DNA of 64,000 bases from Octopus sinensis (GCF_006345805.1 NC_043000.1:134540001-134604000); one strand, 5' to 3'; counted from the first letter of the stretch, positions 1 to 12,831 are shown. Notes: generated by a model not told the origin, from the sequence alone. Translations and numbers: made by a program.

Positions 1-389
1 TTCATGCTGCCACCACCCTGACACCTAGGCCACATTCCTAGTGCCCCCACCCCAACTAACCTCACAAACATAGACCTCTTTCAGAAGCAAATTCGAAGCA
101 ACTGTATTTAACAAATAAAACTTAACCTAAATAACCCATTATTTTGTTTGTTTTTACATGAATCACTACCTCATTACTGCCCCACTTTTCTTCAATGCCA
201 CCTTGGAACTTTCCACTGCCCCCAGGGAGGCAATAATGCCCACATTGGGAACCACTGCTTTAGATGTATCTATTGTAAGAAACAGCTACATTTCTTTCTT
301 TAAAATTTACTTAGTTCAATCTACGCAAGTTAATGTGTGAAAAGCAAAATAGGAATTTTGAAAGAAGTATCTATAAAACTAGTTTTTAA

Positions 390-885
390 CCCTTTAGAAT
401 TCATATTAATTTAGCAAAAATAATCCTTATTTAACAATTGCAGCGTGGAAGGTGTTTGTAAGCCATTTAAGAAACACACAAAAGCCGTTCGATTCACTGC
501 AGCACAGATTTTTGTCAGTGAACAGGTCGCGGATTTTAGCGACGAAAATATTTTGACAAATTAAACTTAAATGTTGAAGTGAATCAAACGGCTTTTGTGT
601 GTTTCTTAAATGGCTTACAAACACCTTCCATGCTGCAATTGTTTTCGTTCCAACACACGATCTCAGATCAAATCACTTGCTATGCGAGTACATCTCCGTA
701 ATCCTTATTTATTTACATTTAAAAAAATTTATGATATTATTTTGTAGCTTCAAGATAGAAAAGAGGTAAATGCTTATTTTTATAATGACACTGCAGAGTA
801 GGTGTGAGATGCTGGTTCTGGCCAGTTTGAGCATAAAATGTGTAGAATATTTGGGCCGAATACAGCCAGTTTAAACACTAAAGGG
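390..885. mobile_element. piggyBac-type MITE with a nested inverted-repeat insertion (~435-700)
   Basis: TTAA|CCCTT ... AAGGG|TTAA termini; internal inverted arms ~435-498 and ~581-643. Confidence 0.65.
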
Positions 886-1480
886 TTAAACATCAAATGG
901 CCATAGGAGTCCACCAGAGTAAAATAATAATCAAAGTGGTCCATACGTAAGAAAAATGGTTAAGAACCACTGAAATAAACCGTGATTCCCTGAACGCCAA
1001 CATGCAGTTCTCAATAATCAAAGTGGTCCATAGATAAGAAAAATGGCTAAGAACCACTGAAATAAACCATATGATTCCCTGAACGCCAACCTTGTTCTGA
1101 CAAACATGCAGTTCTCAAGAGTCTTTAAGCAGAAACATGTCAATGCTGACATCGCAATAACAGATCCCCAGCCACATTTTTCTTTTCTTTTTTTTTCTCT
1201 TTTTCAAATGGTAAGCCTCACATTTCAACCAGTTTTATACAACCACCTGTTACTTGGGTGCTTTTCAGAGTCACCCCCACCCCACCAGCGATTTTTCTAC
1301 CAATAATGACATGTATGTGTTCTTGTAGATACACATCAGCCACATCAATCTCACAACTCTGGGAGAGTTTGCAATGGTCATGGCCTCTCTTTCACCTTTC
1401 TCCCTTAAATAACTTCATAAAAGTTTCAAATTATCACAGTAAGCTGTGTTCAATATATAAGAAAGATCAATACTTACTCT

Positions 1481-1880
1481 TACTCTCTCTTTTACTCATT
1501 TATTTGTTTCAGTCATTTGACTGTGGCCATGCTGGAGCACCGCCTTTAGTCGAGCAAATCGACCCCAGGACTTATTCTTTGTAAGCCTAGTACTTCTTTT
1601 ATCGGTCTCTTTTGCCGAACTGCTAAGTTACAGGGACATAAACACACCAGCATCGGTTGGAGGGACAAACACATACACACAAATATATACACACACACAC
1701 ATATATATAAATACATATATACAATGGGCTTCTTTCAGTTTCCATCTATCAAATCCACTCACAAGACTTTGGTCGGCCCGAAGCTATAGTAGAAGACACT
1801 TGCCCAATGTACCATGCAGTGAGACTGAACCCAGAACCATGTGGTTGGCAAGCAAGCTACTTACCACACAGCCACTCCTG
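1481..1880 (-). mobile_element. tRNA-derived SINE family A (CORE-like centre)
   Basis: A box TGGCTGTGTGG, B-box-like GGTTCAGTC(C/T)C, (C)TTGGGCAAGTGTCTT core; many copies in the window. Confidence 0.85.
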
Positions 1881-2049
1881 CACCTACTTGTTGATATTTT
1901 AGTAGATTAAGAATTTGAATTTGAGAAAAATTAATTGAACATATTCTTTCTATTTAAAACTTCTAGCAAATATGCAAAGTAGATATTAAGGTGGGGTCAA
2001 ACCTAATTTATACCACATCAATATCAGAAACAGCATCATCTAAACTCAC

Positions 2050-2105
2050 ATATGGTATTCAAGGCTAAATATCTCCTCTTTCTGCTTGTCACGATGCCTA
2101 GTTTC
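2050..2105 (-). CDS. Candidate exon ETRHRDKQKEEIFSLEYH
   Basis: AAAACAG| ... AT|GTGAGT; phase 0-2. The acceptor is weak and alternatives exist. Confidence 0.4.
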
Positions 2106-2464
2106 CTGTTTTGCAAACTCATAAGTATTATAGAAAGAACTTTCTCATACAAAATATCATCACCATCATCATCTTTCAACGTCCATGTTCCGTGCCGGCA
2201 TGGGTTGGACAGTTTGACTGAGGACTGGCAAGCTAGGAGGCAGCACCAGGCTCCAATCTGTTCTGGCAAGGTTTCTACAGCTGGATGACCTTCCTAATGC
2301 CAACCACCCTCAGAGTGTAATGGGTGCTTTTTACCTGCCACTGGCAAGGGAGCCAGTCAAGTGGAACTGGCATTGACCACACTCGAATGGTGCTTTTTAC
2401 ATGCCATGAAATCTTCTCCATTTTAATCTAAATATATTATAAACTTAATAGAGATATATCTCTC

Positions 2465-2690
2465 TGCGAGCTGGCAGAAACATTAGCACGCCGGGCGAAA
2501 TGCGTAGCCGTATTTCGTCTGTCATTACGTTGTGAGTTCAAATTCCGCCGAGGTCGACTTTGCCTTTCATCCTTTCGGGGTCGATAAATAAAGTACCAGT
2601 TACGCACTGGGGTCGATGTAATTGACTTAATCCCTTTGTCTGTCCTTGTTTGTCCCCTCTATGTCTAGCCCCTTGTGGGCAATAAAGAAA
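2465..2690 (+). mobile_element. tRNA-derived SINE family B (Meta-like domain)
   Basis: GGTCGACTTTGCCTTTCATCCTTTCGGGGTCGATAAA...AGTACCAG; further copies at ~7820, 45628, 50725(-), 53512(-), 55528, 58027, 58395, 62570(-). Confidence 0.85.
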
Positions 2691-3392
2691 TAGATATATC
2701 TTTTAAGACCCAGGTCTTAAGAAAGTTTTTTATTTTTCCCTTTTCTAATCAAGCTCCAGTGTTTGAAGAAAATCCAAAGACGAATTTCAAATGAAAAAAA
2801 CCTTTTAATTTCAACTAAAAAAATAAGGAAAACACATACACAAATATATATGAATATATACAGGATCTATCTTCCTCCTACAAGGTGACATTACTATTGT
2901 TGGTGCCATGGAAAAATGCATTCAGTAAACAGAATCCAAGCCTACACTGAGACATTCAAGCTTATATATATATATCATCATCATCATCATCGTTTAGCGT
3001 CCGTTTTCCATGCTAGCATGGGTTGGACGGTTCAACTGGGGTCTGTGAAGCCAGAAGGCTTCATCAGGCCCAGTCAGATCTGGCAGTGTTTCTATGGCTG
3101 GATGCCCTTCCTAACGCCAACCATTCCGTGAGTGTAGTGGGTGCTTTTTACGTGCCACCCGCACAGGTGCCAGACAGAGCTGGCAAATGGCCATGAACGG
3201 ATGGTGCTTTTTATGTGCCACCGGCACGGGGGCCAGGCGAGGCTGGCAATGGACACGAACGGATGGTGCTTTTTACGTGCCACAGGCAATAGGCCAGTCG
3301 GGGCGGCACTGGCAACAGTCATGAATGGATGGTTCTCTTACATGCCACCGGCACTGGTAACACATCTGCAATTTCCATTGATCGATTTCGAT

Positions 3393-3422
<30 letters not shown>

Positions 3423-3425
<3 letters not shown>

Positions 3426-3990
3426 CTTATTAAAAAGGGTTCAGCAAAGATTTGCTTTACCACATACCGAAGTTTAGAAATAGCAGCCAAAAAATCTTAG
3501 CTATTTCTTCTACTTTAAAAAGGGACTCCTAGAGAAACCAAAATACTTAAAAATAATTCACACAGGCAGAATATGATCTGTCTGATACCGTTAGGTGGAG
3601 AGATATATTCAATTATTCCAGTACCCTTGAATTATTGAGGAAAATGGTTGGTAAAGTATAATTCTATATTCTTTATGCCAACCTAATTCCGAAACGCGCG
3701 TCCATGGATGACCAGATATTGATTGATTTTCGTTGCTTTACCCTCTACCTGTGTGAATTATTTTCAAGTATTTTGGTTTCTCTAGGAGTCCCTTTTTAAA
3801 GTAGAAGAAATAGCTAAGATTTTTTGGCTGCTATTTCTAAACTTCGGTATGTGGTAAAGCAAATCTTTGCTGAACCCTTTTTAATAAGTATTACTTAAGT
3901 TTACCGTGAAATGGTCCTTTTTTCATACCGAATTCTACTTGGTGAAATTATTGATTACTTCTTAATTAATTAATTTTACCCTTTGTTATT
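3423..3990 (+). mobile_element. Fold-back element (Penelope-like 3' end)
   Basis: Arms 3423-3570 and 3744-3890; GAAACGCGCGTC in the spacer; same family at 38058-38395. Confidence 0.55.
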
Positions 3991-4026
3991 ATATATATAT
4001 ATATATATAATATATATATATATATA

Positions 4027-4530
4027 TCATCATCATCATCATCATCATCATTTAACGTTCGCTTTCCATGCTAGCATGGGTTGGACGGTTCAACTGGGGT
4101 CTGGGGAGCCCGAAAGCTGCACCAGTCCAGTCAGATCTGGCAGTGTTTCTACAGCTGGATGCCCTTCCTAACGCCAACCACTCCGAGAGTGTAGTGGGTG
4201 ATTTTATGTGCCACCAACACAGGTGCCAGACGAGGCTGGCAAACGGCCACGCTCGGATGGTGTTTTATATGTGCCACCGACACAGGTGCCAGACGAGGCT
4301 GGCAGATGGCCACGCTCGGATGGTGTTTTTATGTGCCACCGACACAGGTGCCAGATGAGGCTGGCAAACGGCCACGATCGGATGGTGTTTGTTACGTGCC
4401 CACAGCACGGAGGCCAGTCGATGCGGTACTGGCTACGGCCACGTTCGTATGGTTTTCTTGTGTGCCACGTGCCACCAGCACTGGTACCACAAAGATACAA
4501 ATTCCATTGATGTTCATCTATTTTGATTTG
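4027..4530 (-). mobile_element. Family D copy with expanded ~63-bp internal repeats
   Basis: GTGCCACC.ACACAGGTGCCAGA.GAGGCTGGCA unit repeated. Confidence 0.85.
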
Positions 4531-4606
4531 AGAGAGAGAGAGACATACACACACATGTAATGTATGTCTGTATATGTAGACAAAGTTGATAAATCATTTG
4601 TCTTAC

Positions 4607-4677
4607 ATTTGACAATGATGACTCAACCAACACAAAACATATTGCCAACGCAGTTTTAGCTTTGTCTTCATGGTATT
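4607..4677 (-). CDS. Candidate exon (E)YHEDKAKTALAICFVLVESSLSN
   Basis: TATTTTAG| ... AAT|GTAAGA; phase 1-0. Confidence 0.45.
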
Positions 4678-5220
4678 CTAAAATAATCCTACAGCCTACA
4701 CAAGACGCAAGATGAAAGTAAATCAATACCATCAACAAGTGGTTAAAATAATTTTCTATATATGCCAACACGACTAACAATGTAAATATACGTATATGTT
4801 TGCTTAACTGTCAAGTATAAGATTTAATTCTGGACCAGAAGATTTCAAATATAACTGCATGTCTCTCAGTTTCTGACTATTGTGTTCACCAAAATTCATT
4901 AATTTTCATCAATTGATTAAACTGTTCAGTTTTCTAACATATGTCAGTATTGCTAGCTTATGGTCACTGTAACCCTAACCAAATCTATAATTAGAACAAT
5001 CATACCATAGACGCTTGTTTATATTCATATCAAGTGACTTTTAAAACTGAAAATATATATCCATGCAAATAACCATATTGGAAAAAAAATTTTTCCTACA
5101 TTACAGCTTGTGTCATGATCATACAACTGAGCTCAGAAGTGTATTCACCTATATGAATGTGCATTATATTTACAATATAAGAAATAAATAACAAAGATCT
5201 AAAAATTTGATTTGAAAAAC

Positions 5221-5612
5221 AGCTGTGTGGTAAGTAGCTTGCTTACCAACCACATGGTTCCAGGTTTGGTCCCACTGTGTGGCACCTTAGGCAAGTGTCT
5301 TCAACTATAGCCTCGGGCCGACCAAAGCCTTGTGAGTGGATTTGGTAGACAGAAACTGAAAGAAGCCCATCGTATATATATGTGTGTGTGTGTGTATGTG
5401 TGTGTATGTTTGTGTGTCTGTCCCCACACTATTGCTTGACAACCGATGTTGGTCTATTCACGTCTCCGCAACTTGGTGGTTCGGCAAAAGAGACCAATAG
5501 AATAAGTACTAGGCTTACAAAGAATAAGCACTGGGGTCGATTTGTTCGACTAAAGGCGGTGCTCTAGCATGGCCACAATCAAATGACTGAAACAAATAAA
5601 AGAATAAAAGAA
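5221..5612 (+). mobile_element. SINE family A
   Basis: Aligns by eye to the other copies. Confidence 0.85.
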
Positions 5613-5684
5613 TAGACAGATGAGTAAAAAATTACTCAGAAAAATAAGCAAAAACAAATATTTTTCATCAAAAAAAATTTTTAC

Positions 5685-5722
5685 CTTCTGAGTCCTTCTT
5701 TCTGGTGGCTTTTGTAGACATA
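5685..5722 (-). CDS. Candidate exon (S)MSTKATRKKDSE
   Basis: ATTTTACAG| ... AAG|GTAAAA; phase 2-1. Confidence 0.45.
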
Positions 5723-6228
5723 CTGTAAAATGGTAATTTCCATACAAAGCCATGATTCAAATTTGCTAAGTGTCCTTTTTGACAAGGAATTCTAGTAATC
5801 AATTATTTAGTTGGGGGATGTCATAAAGCTGTTAGTAATTATTAATCCAAAATCATCCACAAAGTATCTGGAACTGTTGTTATTGTCGCAAAGTTCATCA
5901 TAGAGTGGCAGACCATCATTTTGAGATTTCATTGAAATGCAGTTGACCCCAAAAATAACTGAAATATAAAATAAATAAAATAAAAGTTTAAGCTAAAAAC
6001 AGATTTAGTATATAACAAAGTTGTACTTGCATAACAAGCATTTTGATCTGAAATCATGTGCTGAAACAGTGTGGTGGACATAAGTTAGCCATTCAGAAAC
6101 ACACAAAGACTGTCAACTACACTTATACATTTATTTGTAATACAGTGTCAAAATTTTCATCATCACTTGAAACTGCAACCTGTTCGCTTACAAAAAATTT
6201 TGTTGCATTTTTACAAATAACTGTTTAA

Positions 6229-6448
6229 CCCTTTTGTTACTGTACTTATTTTGAGATGCTCTGTGTTTCTTTCAATTACTTTAAATATAACAAAGAATTT
6301 AGTAAAATAACTTAGTTATCATTAAGCTAGTGTTAGGAACATAAATTGTGACTAAGGTTTGGTGGAAGATTTTAATTCAAAACTTATGAAAGCAAGACAT
6401 TTGTACTCAGAGCCAGAGCCAGTTTCAGCCAGGTTAGTAACAAAAGGG
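6229..6448. mobile_element. piggyBac-type MITE
   Basis: TTAA TSD, CCCTTTTGTTAC terminal inverted repeats; near-identical copy at 36632-36851. Confidence 0.8.
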
Positions 6449-6740
6449 TTAAGTGAAGTTGATGGTCTTTGTGTGTTTCAGAATGGCTAAGTTATGTCTA
6501 CCATGCTGCAATCACTAAAATATGACAAACAAAAAATACAAATTAGGAAGAAAATTGGAATTTCAAACATTGTAGGTGTCTATAGAAATAGATGTCTTGC
6601 TCAAAAAAACTACAAAAATAAGAATCTAGAACAAACTAGATATCTGCTGCCTGATACAACCAACAATGTTGTCTCTGTTATTACTGATAGGTAAGAGATT
6701 TCTATGTAGTAAATAAAATATCTATTTGGTGCTAAAATAC

Positions 6741-6794
6741 CTGTGCATGGTGCATTCAACACGAAACAGCTGCACCCAAACCATTACATACTGC
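6741..6794 (-). CDS. Candidate exon QYVMVWVQLFRVECTMH
   Basis: GTTAACAG| ... CAG|GTATTT; phase 2-2. Confidence 0.4.
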
Positions 6795-7554
6795 CTGTTA
6801 ACAGAACCAAATCCAATAACAAGGTTGACTGAGATGAGTCATGGGGTGTCCTTTTCTTATCTTCTCAAAACCAACAGAAGAATATGAATGCTGCTCTACA
6901 AGCTAATAAAAGAGTTGATTTACAGCCCTGCTGTTTGGTTCAGTAAACAGAGCTAATTAAACTGCTTTGGCGTTCTTTTCTAATGGTTCTATACCTGTAT
7001 GAATGGAATTTGATGTGAGAAACATTTAAAGCTTAAGATTTATAATTGATAAGGAAAATATACAAAAGAACAAAAAAAAAAACATATCATCCCAGCTATT
7101 CCTACCATGATGCACATCATATATACACACATGTGTGTGTGATTTACGTATGTTATATATACATAGGCTGAAGCATTAAGCAAATGAATGTTGATGCAGA
7201 TACACAGACTACTCTTTAAAAAGTGTTGCCAAAGAGATATGAATAGATTTTTAAAATTTGCCAACCGGATATTGTAAAAATACATGTGTAGCTATAGATA
7301 TAAATGTAATGCAATAAAAATAATCCTTTCTTTTTTCTGGTGTAGGATATCTAAATTATCTATCTTGTAAATGCAAAAACCATACACAACTTTTTTTAAA
7401 ATAACCCAGCCATATATTAAAAAAACATTAAGATAAAGTTCATGGAGGAATTTTGCCAAGAAACTCTACAGGATTCTATGATATACATGTTGATATTCAC
7501 ATTAGAATGAAGGTGTCCTTTTCATAGTATATGTAAGTACAGGTGAATGCATAG

Positions 7555-7598
<44 letters not shown>

Positions 7599-8523
7599 TA
7601 TATATATAATATATATATATATAAACATATGTACTTATACATGATGTTTTTTATGCCGGAGAATAAGTTATGATTCAATAAATGTGCAATGTTAACATTT
7701 GAAGAGCATAAGTGAACTAAAGAAATAACTAGACATCAAATGTTTGAGCAGATATGAGATGTAGAAAAGACAGCCAAGCTGGTTTCGTCATGTGCTGAGA
7801 TTGCATGATGAAAGCTTGGTTAAACATTAGCACGCCGGGCGAAATGCTTAGCCGTATTTAGTCTGCCGCGATGTTCTGAGTTCAAATTCCGCCAAGGTCG
7901 ACTTTGCCTTTCATCATTTCCGGGTCAATTAAACAAGTACCAGTTACACACTGGGGTCGATATAATCGACTTAATCCATTTCTCTGTTCTTGTTTGTCCT
8001 CTCTGTGTTTAGCCCCTTGTGGGTAGTAAAGAAATAGGTAAAAAAAAAAAGAAAAGGCTTTGCTGCAAGTAGGCTTTGAAAGTTATCCTTAGTGGAACTA
8101 AGTCAAAGATATGGAAACTAATAGGATATATTTGGAGAACTGACTATTACAGAGAAGATTACACAGGATCAAGATGTGGAAAACTATTACATTGCAAATT
8201 TCATATAACCTAGTTCTGCAGAGTAAAGTAAATCGTTATGGGCATGCATACATAATGGGTGCAAATGTGTGTGCATGAGTGTGTAAATATGTGTGTGTGT
8301 GTTTGTGTGTATGCAAGTACATGTGGGTATGTGTTTATCTGTGTGTGCTTATGTGAGCAAATTTGTATTTCCCATATTTTCACATGCATTCTCCGTACTG
8401 ATTGTAAATAAAGACACTGTCAACATAGCTATTGTGTACAATCAGTAAATATATGTGCTTCTATGAGCAAATTTATATTTATTAACTTGTTCACAAAAGG
8501 ACAGAGAGAGGGAGAAGGGGGGG

Positions 8524-8542
8524 AGAGAGAGAGAGAGATACA

Positions 8543-8613
<71 letters not shown>

Positions 8614-8628
8614 ACACACACACACACA
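8524..8628 (+). repeat. (GA)n(CA)n microsatellite
   Basis: Seen directly; similar tracts at ~57210-57310, 33415-33550 and many others. Confidence 0.95.
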
Positions 8629-8750
8629 CGACAGGTTTCTTTCAGTTTCTACCCTTAGTTTTATTTCTAATACTGCTTTTTATCTATGATAAGACAATAT
8701 TAATTTTGTCCTGAATTTTTACTTTTTATTTACATATCAGGTTTACTTAC

Positions 8751-8793
8751 AGGCAAATTACCAAGTCAGAATACCATATTATCACTACAAATG
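8751..8793 (-). CDS. Candidate exon (A)FVVIIWYSDLVIC
   Basis: ATTTTAG| ... CCT|GTAAGT; phase 1-2. Confidence 0.3.
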
Positions 8794-9657
8794 CTAAAAT
8801 CCAGACTATTTTTCATTTTACATAAATATTCAAAGCAACATAAACCACGAAGTAGTGAAAACGACTGCTTTATGCAACAAGTAACCTATAAATTGATTTT
8901 TCTTTTAGCTAATCTGAACTGAGCAGTTAAGTATTTTAATTTTATCTTCAGATTATATTAATAAAGATTAAAAATAATGGATGGAGGGTGTGTTTTTCTA
9001 CTCATAGAAAAATTTCTGACACTGTTATTTTATAATATTGTTGTCAAATTGAATATGCAAATTACATCATAGGAAATATGTTTATGGTAAATAGCAAATT
9101 TATATTTTGCTTTTGGATTTGGTTTGCAAGATTCTTTATATGAGTTTGTGTATTGAAGCATATTCTGTTGTGTCTGGAGAGAGTCATTTTCTTTTGGTGC
9201 CTTATAATGTAACACACTCACAGGTAAAATTACCACTTTTTTTCTTATTTTCCTAAAATTTTCATTGCATCTTGCAACGTTTTCAATAGTCTTGACTCTG
9301 TTACGTTATAAGGCACAAAAAGAAGATGACTCTCCCCAGACACAACAGCAAATTTATAATTTGAAGACAAAGAAAAGCTGAAGTTGTCTGTGTGTGGGTG
9401 GCAGGTTTGGTAGCCTTCAACTAACACTATCTCCTCCGAGACCCTGTGGCACAAGCTGACCAAAATTGAGAGTATGATAGAAGAAGGCTTGCTCATCATT
9501 CCGTAGAAGAAAAAATTCAAATTGGACCATGTTAACACCAAAAATTGTTTACATCAAAAATGTGCCTTTTTTCTATGGAAATTCCTATTTTTTACGATTT
9601 TTTTACTGCCATGTCGCCATTTTTCGGTGTATTTCAACCAGAAAAATGTTCACTTAA

Positions 9658-9874
9658 CCCTTTAGTGTTCGCATTATTCTGCCAAAATCCTTTTTTATCT
9701 ACATTGCTTTGAACTAATCATGCATTATCTTGTAGCTATGAGATTATGATGAGGTAGCTGTTAATTTTTAAAATGATATTGTAGGGCTGGTGTAAGAGAC
9801 CAGATCTGGCCAGTTTGACTATAAAACAGGCAGAATAGTTCTGGCCGGATATGGCCGGTTTAAATGCTAAAGGG
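9658..9874. mobile_element. piggyBac-type MITE
   Basis: TTAA|CCCTTTAG ... CTAAAGGG|TTAA; related to 390-885. Confidence 0.75.
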
Positions 9875-10089
9875 TTAAAGAGAATAACAAGCTACATAAT
9901 GCAAAATTTTTATTTTTCAAAAATTCCAATTCTAAAGGGTCGAAACAAACCCAAGCAACGCCAGGCTATACTGCTAGTTTATTAAAATAATGTCTTCAAA
10001 CACAATATTGCCTTTTCCTCACTACATAATTCAAATTATATTTTTAAATGCTAACGACATCAAACACATTAACGCAAGCTATTGTTCTG

Positions 10090-10440
10090 CATAGAGACAG
10101 TATATGAGTGTATGAGTAAAAATGTGTTTGTTTTGTTTGCTTTTTTAAATAACACATCAATGTTTGACTATTTAAGCAGCTGCTTCAATCCAAAGTCAAG
10201 TTTCCATGAACCATGTTATCACCAAACCAGTTATTTTCTTCTAAGAACATACATCAGTTTCTGATAATTCATTCAATGAGTGTGTTGATTTGTAAAGTCA
10301 GAGATATAGGCCTGTAATTTTCAACATCTACTCTGCTGCCTCTTATGGATAAGATATATTATACTATCTTTGAAGTTCTTTGAGAGAAACAGAGTTTGCC
10401 ATTATCAGGTAATCTTTGGAAAAGTATCTGAAGTGGTTGC
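10090..10440 (-). mobile_element. Decayed CR1-like RT fragment
   Basis: ENYRPISLT..IE*IIRN..FLEENNWFGDN. Confidence 0.7.
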
Positions 10441-11626
10441 CTATATTATTTTTTACATGTTTCTAGGAGACATGACAAAAAAAAAAAAAGAAAACAGAAT
10501 TTGTTACTAACGTCAAACTCACTATTGTCATCATTGATAAACTGATCATATATGATATATATGTGCATGTTTGTGTGTATATACATATGTAAGTATATAT
10601 GTATTTGTACTGTGTATTTGTATGTATGTGATATTATATATATATATCACATACATACAAATACACAATACAAATACATATATACTTACATATATATATA
10701 TATATACACATACACAAATACACAACACAAATACATATATAATTATACACACACATTTTTATACACATGCATGCACACACGCACACACACACACACACAA
10801 ATGGCTATCTTCACACCATTTTTGTCTGAACGCTTGTGATATGTGTGCATGTAACAATGTATATAACATGTATAATGTATATACAAAAATGGTATGTCGC
10901 TAAATATAATATTTTGTCTCAGAGAAACTTTTCAAAGAGACATGTGTCATAGAACCCTAATGCTGTTTCAAATGCACAAATCACTGAATGTTTATTTTCT
11001 GATTTCTACATCGGAAGAAATATTTTTTTAGCTTAGTTCAGAATGTCCAGAGGTGTCTGCCACTGAGAAGACCAAATCCAATTGAAACACCATGAAAAAC
11101 GATCCAACAACAACAACATTCCAAGTTACACATGTACTTTTTTAATATGAGTCATTTTGAGAAATTTCTCTAAGATAAAATATTAGTTATCAGCATGCTA
11201 TATTTGTATATATGTTATCAATGTTATGCACAACAGTTTATAAATACAGACACATCCATTCATATGTAATATTTTTTCAGCCATTGGACAAGGTTTCATC
11301 AAACAAATAACCCAAGTACCTATTTTTAATTGAGCTAAACTACTATGTTATGAGGACATAAACAAACCAGCATCAGTTGTCAAGTGGCAGAGAAGGAAGA
11401 AGCACAAATATAAATATAAATTATAAAATGTGGCAGGCTTCCACAAAGTTTCCAAGTACCAAATTCACCCACAAATTTTCAAACAAAAAAAATTGAGTTC
11501 AGGGCTGACTGCCTTTGGTAACTTATCAGACTGATCTAATTTTCATTGCTGAATCTGTCAAGTATTATTGAAAATGTTCCTAACACAGAGGAATGGTATA
11601 TAACTCAAAGGCTTGAAGACCAACAT

Positions 11627-11933
11627 GGCATTCCTTTGTTTTAACTCAACAAAACCATAACAAGACCTCGGTTGTTTCCATGACAACTCGACAATTCACT
11701 TCAGGTATTTTTGTGACCTCCGAAAATTTGTGGATTTTACATACACACATGAAGCATGTAAGAACAAATATGCAAGGCTTTTTGCTGGCATAATTTCGTT
11801 ATATCTATATTCCACAACACATAAATACATAAAAACAGATCATGCACACAGTCACAGAGGTCATGGAGTCGAGTTGTCACGGAAACAACCGAGGTCTTGT
11901 TATGGTTTTGTCGAGTTAGAACAAAGGAATACC
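11627..11933. mobile_element. MITE with GG-terminal ~66-bp TIRs and 8-bp TSD (Merlin-like)
   Basis: TSD ACCAACAT at 11619-26 and 11934-41. Confidence 0.8.
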
Positions 11934-12266
11934 ACCAACATCAGAGAAAATATCAATTTGTAACAGAATGCAAGACATCTGTATCAACTGGGAAATAGCC
12001 ATGCTTGACATATTCCAAAGAAACAGATTGAAACTTGGCACTGAGTACTCAAGCAATTCAAATGATCGGTACACAAAAGATCTAATATCTCTGGGAAATT
12101 GACAGGAAGCTGGAGACTACAGATATAATAAATTTATTGGAGCAAGCATAAAATATACTTCTGATATATCCATGAATACTGATGTGGCTTTCTAGATGTA
12201 GATAATTTCTGTCATCTGCATGATTTCATTATCACTAAAGATGGTTGTAGTACTAGTATATAGTAA

Positions 12267-12703
12267 ATTATTTACATTTGACAGATATCTGTCCTCATCT
12301 TGTTTGTTGTTAACACAACATTTTGGCTGATATACCCTCCAGCCTTCATCAGGTGTCTTGGGGAAATTTCGAACCTGGGTTCTCATTCCTAAGGTATCTT
12401 TCGATGTTATTATTATTACTATTATTACGGTCAGTGCCTACGGGCATATGGTGTAGTGGTTAAGAGCGCGGGCTACTAAACCAAGATTCTAAGTTCGATT
12501 CCAGGCAGTGACCTGAATAATAATAATATCGGAAGATACCTTAGGAATGAGAACCCAGGTTCGAAATTTCCCCAAGACACCTGATGAAGGCTAGAGGGTA
12601 TATCAGATGAAATGTTGTGTTATCAACAAACAAGATGAGGACAAATATCCGTCAAATGTAAATAATGTATATAATTCCTCCTCTCTTAAATACAGAACTG
12701 TAT
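12267..12703 (+). mobile_element. tRNA-headed, hammerhead-bearing Penelope-like element with an inverted 5' arm
   Basis: 13-bp TSD TAGTATATAGTAA; A/B boxes at 12449-59 and 12492-502; CTGATGA...GAAA at 12581-12612; arms 12267-12439 and 12503-12666. Confidence 0.75.
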
Positions 12704-12831
12704 TAGTATATAGTAAGGTAAGTATGAAGTGTTACATATGTTTCCTCTGCTGGCGACAAAGAGTTTCTCTTTCTGTGTAAAAAAAAAATAGACTCCATAG
12801 AAGCCTGTGTAAAGTATGTGATGCTGTAAGG

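Noticed and set aside
925-1130. Repeat-spacer-like pattern suggesting CRISPR
   Set aside because: Only a two-copy tandem duplication in a eukaryotic repeat; no array or cas genes anywhere in the window
3092-4560. Cluster of overlapping ~100-120 aa ORFs with repeated motifs
   Set aside because: Produced by the stop-poor internal minisatellite of SINE family D
6576-6690. Plus-strand exon candidate with an AG|GTAAGA donor (similar ones at ~24046-24076 and 36438-36486)
   Set aside because: No consistent plus-strand chain, and strand skew favours a minus-strand gene; not excluded without RNA data
9245-9541. Protein-like 98-aa ORF as a terminal exon
   Set aside because: Its 3' half lies in an inverted repeat (mirrors ~9165-9215) and the rest looks like transposon debris
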